This document shows, in pieces, positions 52,668 through 64,000 of a DNA stretch of 64,000 nucleotides (within the stretch, counting starts at the first letter, position 1; each line of letters opens with the position of its first letter). Position numbers and translations under genes: made by a program. Under the pieces are notes generated by a model, which was not told the DNA's origin, did no database searches, and saw only the letters and a list, made by a program, of their open reading frames with translations. Origin of the DNA: Lama guanicoe (lineage: Eukaryota); NCBI GenBank assembly GCA_013239625.1, contig MU053881.1:1054001-1118000 (forward strand), given 5' to 3'.

Positions 52668-55600
52668 CGTCAGTGTTCGCCCTTCCTATTTTGTCCCCTG
52701 AGCACCTTCACAGGTGGCATGGCTTCCACGCCCACCTCCACCTCTTTCTAGCGGTGGGACTTCGGGTGAGTTACTTCTATTATTTAAGATACTGTTTCTC
52801 AACCTCAAAATAGCATAATAACAGCACCTATATCTTAGGGCAATTATACAGTTTAAATTAGGTGACACACATGAACCCAGAGCCCAGTGACTTGCTTATA
52901 GTGAGCCCGGCCACCACCCAGCCCCAGGGTGCGGAAATGCCCCATTTACTGTAGAAACAGCTCCATGCACCACCCCACTGCAGTTCGCTCTGGGCAGCTG
53001 GTGCCTGTGGCTCCCTCTGGAACAGAGAGGCTGGTCCTGGGGCGGCCCCCTTGCTGGCCCGGGGTGCTGCCCCCTGGAACACCATGGCCCTGGGTGCAGT
53101 CCCCAGCCCAGCACAGGTTGGGGGGAACAGGCAGAGTCATACAAAAGGCCAGTGCGGAGAAGGGTAGGCAGCCAGGAGGCAGAGAGATGCCTCTGGGGCT
53201 GGGAGGAAAGCAGATGACCACAGTAAGCTGGGTGTGAGAATCTTTAATTGCAACAGGCAACTCTCTCAGCCTCCCTCCATCACTCCTGAGGGAGAAATAG
53301 ACTCATCTCTTGTCCTTGCTCCAGCAAGGGCTACAGCTCACGTGCTGCGTGTGATACACAGCAAAGGCACAGGGCAGGGGGTCTGGGTGCCCCACAGAGC
53401 AGGGCCCATCTGAGGGCTGTGGATGTGGGCCAGGTGGCACAGGAGTCAGCGGGGATCCCACTGGAGCCCAAGTGACCCACGTGGGCACCCAGACCTCCCT
53501 CCTCGGCCCCCTGCCTGGACATCTGTCTGTGAGGAGCCCTCTAGGGCAGGCAGAACCTATGGGAAGGCTGGCGGCTCTCAGGAAGTGGGAGGAGGAAGTC
53601 AAGGAAAGGTTGGGCCTGGGGTGCAGGAGGCAGGAGTTCGTGGCTGGTGTTTTGGGGACTGCCACCAGGCAAGCCTGCTTCAGCCGGCTTTCGGTCCTTT
53701 TGAACCTCTGCTCCACTGACCTGACTTGAGTCCCAGGCTGGCCCTGGACTGATCCCCCAGGGGCTGCACCCCAAGAAGCAGGAGAGCTCCCCAAGGAAAA
53801 CCCCCTCCAAGAAGCAGCCTGTCGCTTGTGAAGGGAGCGAACTGGGCCCCCAAGGAATGACCCCTCGCCTGTGTCTGTGGCACTGGGGACCCCACCTCCC
53901 CCAGCAGGTGTGCGGCCCTCTCCCCCTGCTTCCCCCTTGCCAACAACCATCCTCCCTCACCCGCCGGCCCAACACTTCTCTTGTCTCCTGCAACCCCGTG
54001 GTCCCGGCTCTGCTGACATTGCACCAGCCGACTCCCCCATCCATCTCAGCGGCCATGCTGCCTCCCTCCCAACTCCTTCCTCACTGACTCAGGGAGCTCT
54101 TTCTAAAATGCACGTGGCTCTGGCACCTGCCACGTGGCACAAGATGGGTGCCGGGTAATAGACTGGCCCTTGGGCACCCTGCACCCTCCTGAACGCTCCA
54201 GACCCAGCAAGGGCGAGGACCCCAGCTCTTAGCTCCTTTGTGGCCACTGAGATGGGCCAGAACCTTGAGAAAGCTGGGACCTGAGCAGAGAAATAGGAAG
54301 TACCAGCATCTTGGCAGCTTGGATGCCCAAACGCTGACATCACCCTCCTCCTCCACCTCTCGGGATCCCGTCTGGGTCACAGGCTCCCAGGACCCAGTGC
54401 GTGGCCGTGTTTCCCTTGATCTGCCTCCCCAGGGCCACCTGGTCCTGGTGTAGCCCCTCGGAGCCCTTCTCTCTGCCTCTTCCCTCCAGGAGTCTCCTTA
54501 GAACCCAGTAGCTGAGAGGGGGTCCCAGACAATTTCTGCTCTGGGCCCTGCAGCACAAACCCCGTGGGGCTGGAGGATGCAAGCGACAGGCTGCTTCTTG
54601 GAGGGGGCGAGGGAAGACAAGGCAAAAACAGAACGCAAATCAATATTGCAATAAATTATCCTGCCGCAGCCGTGGGATCACATCGGCTGCCGAGGGGTCT
54701 GGGAACCTGGATTGAACCCAGGAGAACCTGGTGTCTGGGAGGCAGGAGGCCCTGGCCAGTGTGCCAGTGTCGGGTCCAGCCTGGAAGGGCCTTTATTCCG
54801 GGGTTTTCAACCTGGTGACCTGAGGGATGTGTTTTCTTTTGTTCACGTAACTTCCTGTAATTCAAGTTGACACGAACTACAAGGTGGGCTGCTTTTGTAA
54901 AATCCAGATTTCGGGATTGGCCTGAGAATTCCAATCTGGCAACCCCTCTGTTCTTACAGGCCAGTGAGGGTGGCGCTGAGGGACGTCTCCCCTTGAGCTG
55001 GGTGTGGGCCCCTTGGTTTGCCGCAGTCCTCACCACTCCTTATCACCCCACTTTCTTTGTCAGAACAGGGACATAATCTTCTGTGCCCTTACCCCTTCTA
55101 AACTGGCAGATAAACAGGACTCGTTTTTCTTAGCACCAGCCTGCCTCACTGACTCACATCTCCAGCCTTGCCCTGTAGGCATTTGAGTTTGCAGCGCCCT
55201 CCCGGCACCTCCCACAAGCCCACCCCCTGAGCAGTCGGGCCTCTTGCTCAGCCCCCAGCCCCCAGCCTGCTCACTCTCATCCTGTCTCAGCCTTTGGCTC
55301 CATGGCCTCATTCCTACTCCCTGGCCCTGACACAGTGTGTCTTTTCTGGCTGGACTCTTGACCCCTCCTCAAAGATGGGACCAGCATTCCTCTCCCACTG
55401 GTGTGGGACATACCAGCTGAACCCTGCAGACCAGCCACCGGCTTTCATCTGCCAGCCAGTGCCCTCAACTGGCTGCCCGGGACTCTCCAAAGGGGAAGCC
55501 GCTGCTCCAGCTCTTTCAGCTGCAGCTGACAATAGCACAACTTAAACTGACTTCCTGACACCCGTGAGTGAGACACATCTCAGCCGCAGGCAGCCCAGGG

Positions 55601-56909
55601 TGGCCCCTGCTGAGCCCGCTCCTCCCCTCGAGTGTGGGCGGAGCTGAGATTTGCTTACAGGTGGACTGTGGCTTCTGTCTTGGACGTGCCCTCTCTTGCT
55701 GTCTCTTGGGTCACTCACGATGGGGGAAGCAAGCTGCCGTGTGTGGCTGCTCTGTGGTGAGGTCCAGGTGGGCTGGCAAGGAACCCTGGGTTCCGCAGCC
55801 CAGGAGGGACTGAATTCTGCCAGTATCCGCGTGAGTGAGCGTGGGAGTGGGGCCTCCCCGGGGGAGCCTTCAGATGAGACCGCCACCCCAGTCTCGGCTG
55901 CTGGCAGTCCCGTGGGAGACCGTGAGCCAGAGGAATGTGCTAAGTTGCCTTGGGATTCCTAATTCACAGAAACCGTGGGATAATATGCATTTGGGGTTTT
56001 TCAGACCATAAAGTCTTGGAATAACTGTTGGTGATAGGTAACAGACGGGCCCGTGGTAGGCTGGTCTCAGGCCTGGGTGAGCCAGGTGGTTGTGTGGGGA
56101 CACCAGGAAGCGGCCTGTCTGCAGCCCGGGCCCCGCTCTCTCTGTGCTGGCTTCCTCCTCGGCTGGGGCCTCCTCCCGGGGTGGCAGCTCCAGGCTCGAT
56201 CTCACACTGTCCCCCCTCCTTGGCCCCAGCCGCCATGGTGCTGGGGAAGTGCAGGGTGGGACTGGCTGGGCCCGAGCCCTCCGGCCCCACAGCGGGGTCA
56301 GGTCCAGATTGATGGGAAGGTGGGGGGAGTTTTACCAAAGGGGACTGGGCTGCTGGTGTCAGCAGAGCACAGGCAAAGATAACTGCAGGCCGCAGGACCT
56401 GAACTGTCCAGTGCGTGGAGCTCAGAACCTGGCAGGTGTGCAAGTCCATGGTGGGGAACAGTCTCCTGACCTTCGGACTGAGAGACCTGGCCCTGAAGGA
56501 GACAAGGCCCTGTTCATTGGTGGTGGCCTCGCCAGGCTTTGGGAGGGGCGGGGGAGTCCCAGTCCAGGGGGGGCTCTGAGGCCATCCTCAGTGAAGTGGT
56601 CGTCAGTGGTCTGCGTGATCACCCTCTAACCAGGGCTCGGGGTGGCCACCTTCAGCTCGGTAAAATCCAGCCACCTGCCCCAAACTCCAGCACCACAGCA
56701 AAGCCACCCACGAGGGCCACTGCCTTCTTGTTCCACCCAAAGGTCCTTCCAGGAAAGGTGACCCTTTCATTCAGTCCCTCCTCCAGAGCGGTGGCCTCTC
56801 AAGGTTTTCTAGAGGCAGCGATCACGTGGTAGGGTCTCTGGCTGACCCCCAGGGGTCTGGCTCGGATGTGAAACAGATGCCATGTCCCCTTCCTCTGCCC
56901 CTCCTGTGT

Positions 56910-57250
56910 CCATCAGGGTGGGCAAGGTTGTGCTACAGAAATAAGCAGGCTCCACGTCCCAGCAGACGAGGACAGCAGAAATCGATCTCCTGCTCATGCT
57001 GTAAGTTCAGTGTGAGTCAGCAGGGGACTCTGGTCTCACTGTCGCTCAGGGACTGGGTGACAAGGCAGCCACCACCTCGGCATTGCTGGTTCACATGCCA
57101 GCAAGGAGAGACCCCTGGAGGGTCTCTTGTGGGCAGTTCAATGCTCGGACCAGGAAGAGGCACACATCACTTTTGCCAGTGGGTCATTTGCCAGAGCTTG
57201 TCACAGCTCCTCCCACTCACATGGGGGCACCCAGTCACAAGGGGACAGGC
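56910..57250 (-). mobile_element. MLT1-type (MaLR) LTR remnant
   Basis: aggttgtgctacagaaataag...tcgctcagggac...ggaagaggcacacatcactt...catttgccagagc. Confidence 0.6.
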
Positions 57251-57934
57251 ACGTACATCTCTTCCCCTTTCCCAGCATCCTCTGGGCTGCCCACCTCTGT
57301 GCCAGTGTCCAGCAGGTCCTGGCCACCCAACATCTCCCTCCAGCCTGCCACTGACTTCATTAGGACTCACTACATCTTGCTATGACAAGTAATCTGATCC
57401 CCCAGGAGCACCTGGCTCTGTGCTTCGGACTTGGGAACTGGTCTGCCATCTTGTAAGCCATTGACTTGGGTAACGCACAGGACACCTGGCAGTGGCCAGT
57501 CCTCTCTGGCCTTGAATCGTTCTTCCTTCCTCTGCAGCACACTGGCTTACTGACAGTGCCCTGTTACTGATCACTCTCTGCTTGTACACACGGAGAGGAT
57601 CACGTGGCTCTGCCTGCCGGATACGTTTATGCAAGAGAAGAAAGAAACCAAACGCCTGCTTGTGTGTCTACCAAGGAGTTCTTAGCTCTACTCTGTGGAC
57701 GGATGTGTCCTTACCGAGGAAAAGAACGTGCCCAGGACTCTGCTCGGAGGGAACCACTTTGGTCGTGGGAGTATGTGGTGACAGCAGAAACCAGAATGCC
57801 TGCTGTGAGGACTGTGGAGCGAAAAGGGACGAGTGCCACTTACGGGAGACTTCCTTTTGAGACAATGTGGTGTCTGTTTTATTGGGGGAGGAAGTTTAGG
57901 GCAGGGGATTGAATGTAGACTTTGGTTTCAGGCT

Positions 57935-58035
57935 TCCTAGCTGTGTGACCTGGGGCAAGTTACTTGACCTCTCTGAGCCTCAGTTTCCTGCCTCTCGGAG
58001 TGGTTGTGAAGGCTGAATGGGAGAGTGAATGCCAA
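57935..58035 (+). mobile_element. MIR core fragment (others at about 6310-6380, 9520-9640, 17510-17635, 20110-20145, 20650-20685, 31190-31310, 35985-36055, 43500-43570)
   Basis: tagctgtgtgacctggggcaagttacttgacctctctgagcctcagtttcct. Confidence 0.85.
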
Positions 58036-58423
58036 TGCCAGGGTGCAGAGTGGGCTGTGATGCTGCCAGTCCCGCCGCCAGCCTTGGCACATGGGTGCGT
58101 GCCACAATCCCAAATGGACCGTGGCTGCTCCCGTTGGCTTCCTGTCCAGGGCTCCTGGGGGAGTTACCTCTACGCTCCTGTCCCTCGTGTGGCTCCCTGC
58201 CATTTCTAATGCAGTTTTCCCCTCCTCCTTTGTGTTGTTTTCTGCAAACATCTTCTATCAAGGGGGAAACTCGGGGTTCCCGTCCCTTCTCTGGGCTTGC
58301 AGCCCTGCTGGGAGTTGTGTCTCCCCTGCCCTGGGCCCTGACACAACGTGAGCCCTTCAGGGGGAGCGGAGCCCACTGCCTCTGCCTCCTGGCCGGGGCC
58401 TGCACGGAGCGGGTGCTGAATAG

Positions 58424-59062
<639 letters not shown>

Positions 59063-59296
59063 TGACACCCCCCCCCGGAAGCTGCATCTCCCAGGGGCAC
59101 AGGGAAGATCAGAGGAAGCGAAATGGGCGGAGTCTGGGGCTGGCGGCCCAGAGACCAGACAGGATCCGAGGCTGGGCTTCAGAGCTGTTTGCTTCCCTTG
59201 GTTTTTAAAACACAAATTTGAATAAGTTTGAAAGTTAAGGGGCTGTCCTTAAAAATTCAAACTACATAAAACCAACCGATTTAAAAGAAGAAATTG

Positions 59297-59437
59297 GAGG
59301 GAGGGGATAGCTCAGTGGTAGAGTGCCTACGTAGCATATGTGTGGTCCTGGGTTCAGTCCCCGGCACCTCTGTTAAATTAAATAAATAAATAAACCCAAT
59401 CCCCCCCCACCGCCAATTTTTTTTAGTAAGTAAATAG
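59297..59437 (+). mobile_element. tRNA-Ala-derived SINE (Vic-1-like) with perfect 13-bp TSD
   Basis: TSD aaagaagaaattg at 59284-59296 and 59438-59450; A and B boxes; tt/aaaa L1-endonuclease-type target. Confidence 0.92.
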
Positions 59438-60109
59438 AAAGAAGAAATTGACAATTCAACAGTTACAGTTGAAGATTTTAACCTACAACAAGGCACAGGA
59501 CCATGATAGCCCACCACCCCGTGGATGAATCTCGCACGGGGAGGGTAGAGTGACATAGCCAGGCAGAGAAGACCATAGACTTAGGATTCCATTCATTTCA
59601 AATTTGGACATGAGCAAAACTGACCTGTGGTGCTAACAGTCAAGAGAGGGGGAAGGAGGGAGGGAGGTTGGAGGCAGCAAGAAGGGGCTTCTGCAGTGTG
59701 GGGGCAGCTTTAGGTTTTGACCAGGGAGGTGGCTCCACAGGTGTCATCCCTTTGTGAGAAGCCGCTGGTTGTAGCCATATGATGGGCGCCTTTTTATGGG
59801 CATATATTGAACTTCGAAAGAAAGAGCTTTAACAATCTACATAAAAATGTATGTTTTGGGGAGTGGACTCACTTCACCTCACCCCCACCCTCTACAGGTA
59901 GTCATGTTCATTCATTTCAGGTTGATCATTCCAGTGAGCTTTTTAATAAAAATAAGTGCACTTACCTGACAGGTAGGCTGAGTCCTTCCAGCACTTTCTT
60001 CCGTGAATTACTGTACGCACTGCCCTGCATCAGACTCTGCTCTCTTAACCTTCAGCTTCTCTCTGCCAACCACTTGTCATATTTGCATAAATAGAAAGAC
60101 TTCCTAAGT

Positions 60110-60255
60110 GGGGGAGGGCACAGCTCAGCGGTAGAGCGCGTGCTTAGCATGCACGAGGTCCTGGGTTCAATCCCCAGTAGCTCTGTTAATAAACAAACAA
60201 ACAAACAAACAAAAACTTAATTACCTCCCCCCAAAAACAAAACAAACATAAAATG
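60110..60255 (+). mobile_element. tRNA-Ala(AGC)-derived SINE (Vic-1-like), best-preserved copy
   Basis: cagctcagcggtagagcgcgtgcttagcatgcacgaggtcctgggttcaatccccag; (AAAC)n tail; flanking repeat agaaagactt at 60093-60102 and 60256-60265. Confidence 0.92.
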
Positions 60256-60599
60256 AGAAAGACTTATTATGTGACGCCTAATCAGAGGTACAGTTAGTTC
60301 GTGTTAACAAAACCTCTCTGAAGCCAGACAGTGGTCCCCTCGGCCACACAGATGGGCACATGGGATGCAGGTGGGGACAGAGGGTGTGACTCCAGGTCCC
60401 ACCACACAGAGGGCGACTGCGAGCGAGTTGGTGCTGGCGCCTCTCTGCTGTGGGAGGGCCCTCTAGCCACCCTTCACGGCCCCGGACCAGGGCGGCCGGC
60501 TGGCAGGCAGAGCGCCCCGTCCGCCGTCCATCCAGGCGAGGGCGCTCACAGAGGGCAGATCTGTCTCATAGAAGAGAAACCGACACAACTTTGATACTA

Positions 60600-61115
60600 A
60601 GTGAGGTCGGTCCTCATTTTAAAACGTGAAAGGACAGCCAAGGATTACCAGACCTTTAACAAAAGGTACAGGATGAAAAAGTGGACACAGATGCAAAACC
60701 AAATCAGAAAACTGACTCCAGAGGAAACAGAGAACTCAGAGCATGGGAAAGCACAGTTTTATAAAGTAATGTTCCCAGAATGTTTGAGAAAGTACATCCG
60801 TAAACCCAGAACAGGTTGCTAGGAAGAATTAGAGAACAGAGGGTTTTTGTGAAATTAAAGGTGTGGTGGGCAGAATAGAAGAATCAAAAGCTGAAATAAA
60901 AAAATCAAGGCGTCCAAAAAGATTAAAACATGAGAGAAAAGTTAGGAGACACAGAGGCTCGATCCAGGAAGTACAACATCTAATAAGATTTGCGGGAAGA
61001 GTAGCGGCAAAGTTAGGAGGAAGGATGTAAAGAAAAAAAATACAGATTCATTTTCAAACCTGCAGATCCTAAAGTTCACGTAATGCTAAGTAGGTGAATG
61101 AGAAATACACTGAGG
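60600..61115 (+). mobile_element. Decayed L1/HAL1 ORF1-like remnant
   Basis: A-rich sense block, aggagacacagaggctcgatccaggaagtacaacatc. Confidence 0.5.
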
Positions 61116-62523
61116 CCCGTGTTCCTATGCAGGGTTGCATGCAAAGGCCAAAGAGAAGATTGCAAAGGTTGGCCCTGGCACCGATCCAAGAGCAATCACC
61201 TCGAAATCTGCAGAGCAAAATCACTCTGATTTTCCTGTTTATTACAAGGGAAAACGATAATGGTTGGATGACGATGCTTTTACAGACAAGTCTGAAACAG
61301 CGCTCTCAGTCACGCTTCCTTCCTTTCTGTTTTTCTCTTTGAACACGTTGCCTGGGACGCCCCGTGGCGTCTGAGAGGATGAGGCTGAGGCCGGGGAGAG
61401 CCTGGGCCTCTCACTCGGCAGGTCTGTAGGACGCCCAGGTCTAAGCAGAGACGCCCTCTGGCACGCGCGGCTCTGTGTGCCCGGCTTTGCCCTGTCCAGG
61501 GACGAGCAGCTGGGCCCGGGTCTCTGGGTTTCCTCAGCTGGGGATGGGGTCTCAGCCTCATGCCCTCCAGCCACCCCCTGCACCCGCAACGGGTGGGAAT
61601 GCTGTCCTGTGAACCTCCCCTGGGGACAGCTGAAGACACCCTGTGATCTGGCTCAGCCCAGCCAGGGGGTCAGCCCTTCCACAGACCGGCCACGCGGCAG
61701 GGAGGTCTTCCCGCCCCACTGCTTGGGCTGTTCTGGCTCGTTCCTCAGCCCCGCCCTGGCTCCCTGCCAGGCTCCGTTCCCCGGCTGCTTCCTTGGGGCA
61801 CACACTGTAACTGGGCTGGCAAAGCCCACGGTGTCTCCTCACCGTGACCTGTGAATTCAGGGCTCTTCAGAAGCCCTTGATGGAGGGGCGTGGCTGGGGG
61901 TGGCCCTTGGCACCTCTTAGGGGGTATGGCCTGCTGCAGCTGCCCTTCCCACTTCTGCTCCCCACCCTCTGCCCCTGGGGGCACCCTGCCCGGTCCCAGC
62001 TCCTTCCTGACAGACCCCTGGACCCCTTGCAGAAACGTGGCTCAGAATCTCCTCAGCCAGAGTGTGGGGTTCCCTGGCTGAGGCTCCGACGGCCTCATCG
62101 TCTGTGGCTGGTCAGTCCCCCAACCACTGGGCCAGTCCCCTCTGCACGACTCAGCAGGGCAGCGTGGCATGTCATCTGTCCTGGCCTGACGCTGCCCCTG
62201 AGCAGCTCAGGGCCGCCCTCACTGCAGTCTTCTGTGTACTATGGAAATGGGGAGAAGCCACGGGGGAGCTGAGGAAGACCCCGAGGGAGTGGGCTCAGGG
62301 TGCGCTGCCAGGCACGAGGGCCATGGAGCCTGCAGCGGAGGAGGCGGTGTGGAGACGGCGTGCTGCCCGGGGGCAGAAGGCCACTCGGCCAAGGTGGGGA
62401 GGAACGTGGGCAGTGGCATGAAAGGGGACCAGCTGGCAGGAGGCTGCCTGCCGAGGCGCCAGAGAGTCCTAGGAGGTGAGATCTGGACTCGGAAAACTGA
62501 CCCAGCTGCGGTGTGGACACTGA

Positions 62524-62805
<282 letters not shown>

Positions 62806-63430
62806 TAAGTGGCCTCGCCATCCTTGTGGTCTAAGGAAGATTCGGGCCTCAAGGGGCCCCACTTCTCCTCTATGCCCAGAGAGAGACAGGCCCCGTCGGA
62901 AAAGCCTTTGGGCTGTGATGTCCTGAGCCAGCGCCGCCGCACAGGGCAGGCCCAAGGCCCATCCTGCTGAGGGCCAGGCAGGGCCTGGGGGCTTTCTACT
63001 CATTACACCATTCAAGTGCCTGGGCACAGGGGTCTTCTTAACCCGTTTTCCAAAGGAGCCTCACCCAGGAGCAGAGAGCTGGGGGTGGGGAAGCCATGAC
63101 CCTACCCGGTGAGCGTGCTCCAGGCACCACCTGGATCTTGCCTCGTGAGCCTTGATGGGGAACTTCGCGGGGCCGCCGGGTGTATGCGGAGAGGGCAGTG
63201 GATGCCTCCACCGCCAGTGCTTTCTCATGTAGCAGTGCTCCGCCTTGGGAACAGGGCACCTGAGGGGGCTGCTGCTGGATGCCGTCCCCCAGACTGCCCC
63301 TAGCTTTAAGAATCTAGTGGGTACAAAATGGGTACCACCCGGCTCAGGGCAGACCAGGCCAGCCCAGGGGAGTGGGGCGCCTGGGGGAGGTGCGGGGTGC
63401 CCTCCCGGCATCTCGGTGGGATGGAGCTGA

Positions 63431-63616
<186 letters not shown>

Positions 63617-63842
63617 TGAGTACCGCTCTGCGCCTCCCGAGGGCCACCCCAGAGCTCCAGGCTCGGCTCTCGGAGGGCACCTGGCCCCGTGTGCCCGAGC
63701 CCCCAGCCGGAGCCCTCGGACCTGGGTCCTCCAGCCTGCAGTGTGGGTGGTGGGGGGGCAGCTTTATGCCTAGGAAGAGATGTGGCAGGGAAATTGAGGC
63801 AGCACAGCATGGGGCTGGGGAAAGCAGGCAGGCCCCTGCTGA

Positions 63843-64000
<158 letters not shown>

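Noticed and set aside
60114..60186. Possible functional tRNA-Ala(AGC) gene
   Set aside because: Acceptor stem has three mismatches, position 8 is C, and it is followed by a SINE tail and flanking direct repeats instead of an oligo-T terminator.

Overview
Eutherian genomic DNA, GC-rich and almost entirely intronic. It holds six consecutive internal coding exons of ADAMTS2 (procollagen I N-proteinase) on the + strand: exons 4-9 by recalled human numbering, with exon 9 cut off by the window end. They encode the end of the propeptide, the furin site, the metalloprotease domain (HETGHVLGMEH zinc motif split across exons 7/8) and the start of the disintegrin-like region. All visible splice sites are GT-AG and the frame is intact. 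Five tRNA-Ala-derived SINEs resembling the camelid Vic-1 family suggest a camelid (alpaca/llama/camel). The introns contain L1, L2, MIR, LTR and hAT remnants, whose family names are from memory and not from a database search. The long ORFs in the track other than the exons look spurious. I found no convincing previously undescribed biological system. The best leads are a 170-bp inverted templated duplication (4 mismatches), a heat-shock-element cluster, two co-oriented CTCF motifs, a GC-box/G4 patch, a duplicated TCACGTGAC element, an X-box and several enhancer-like islands.
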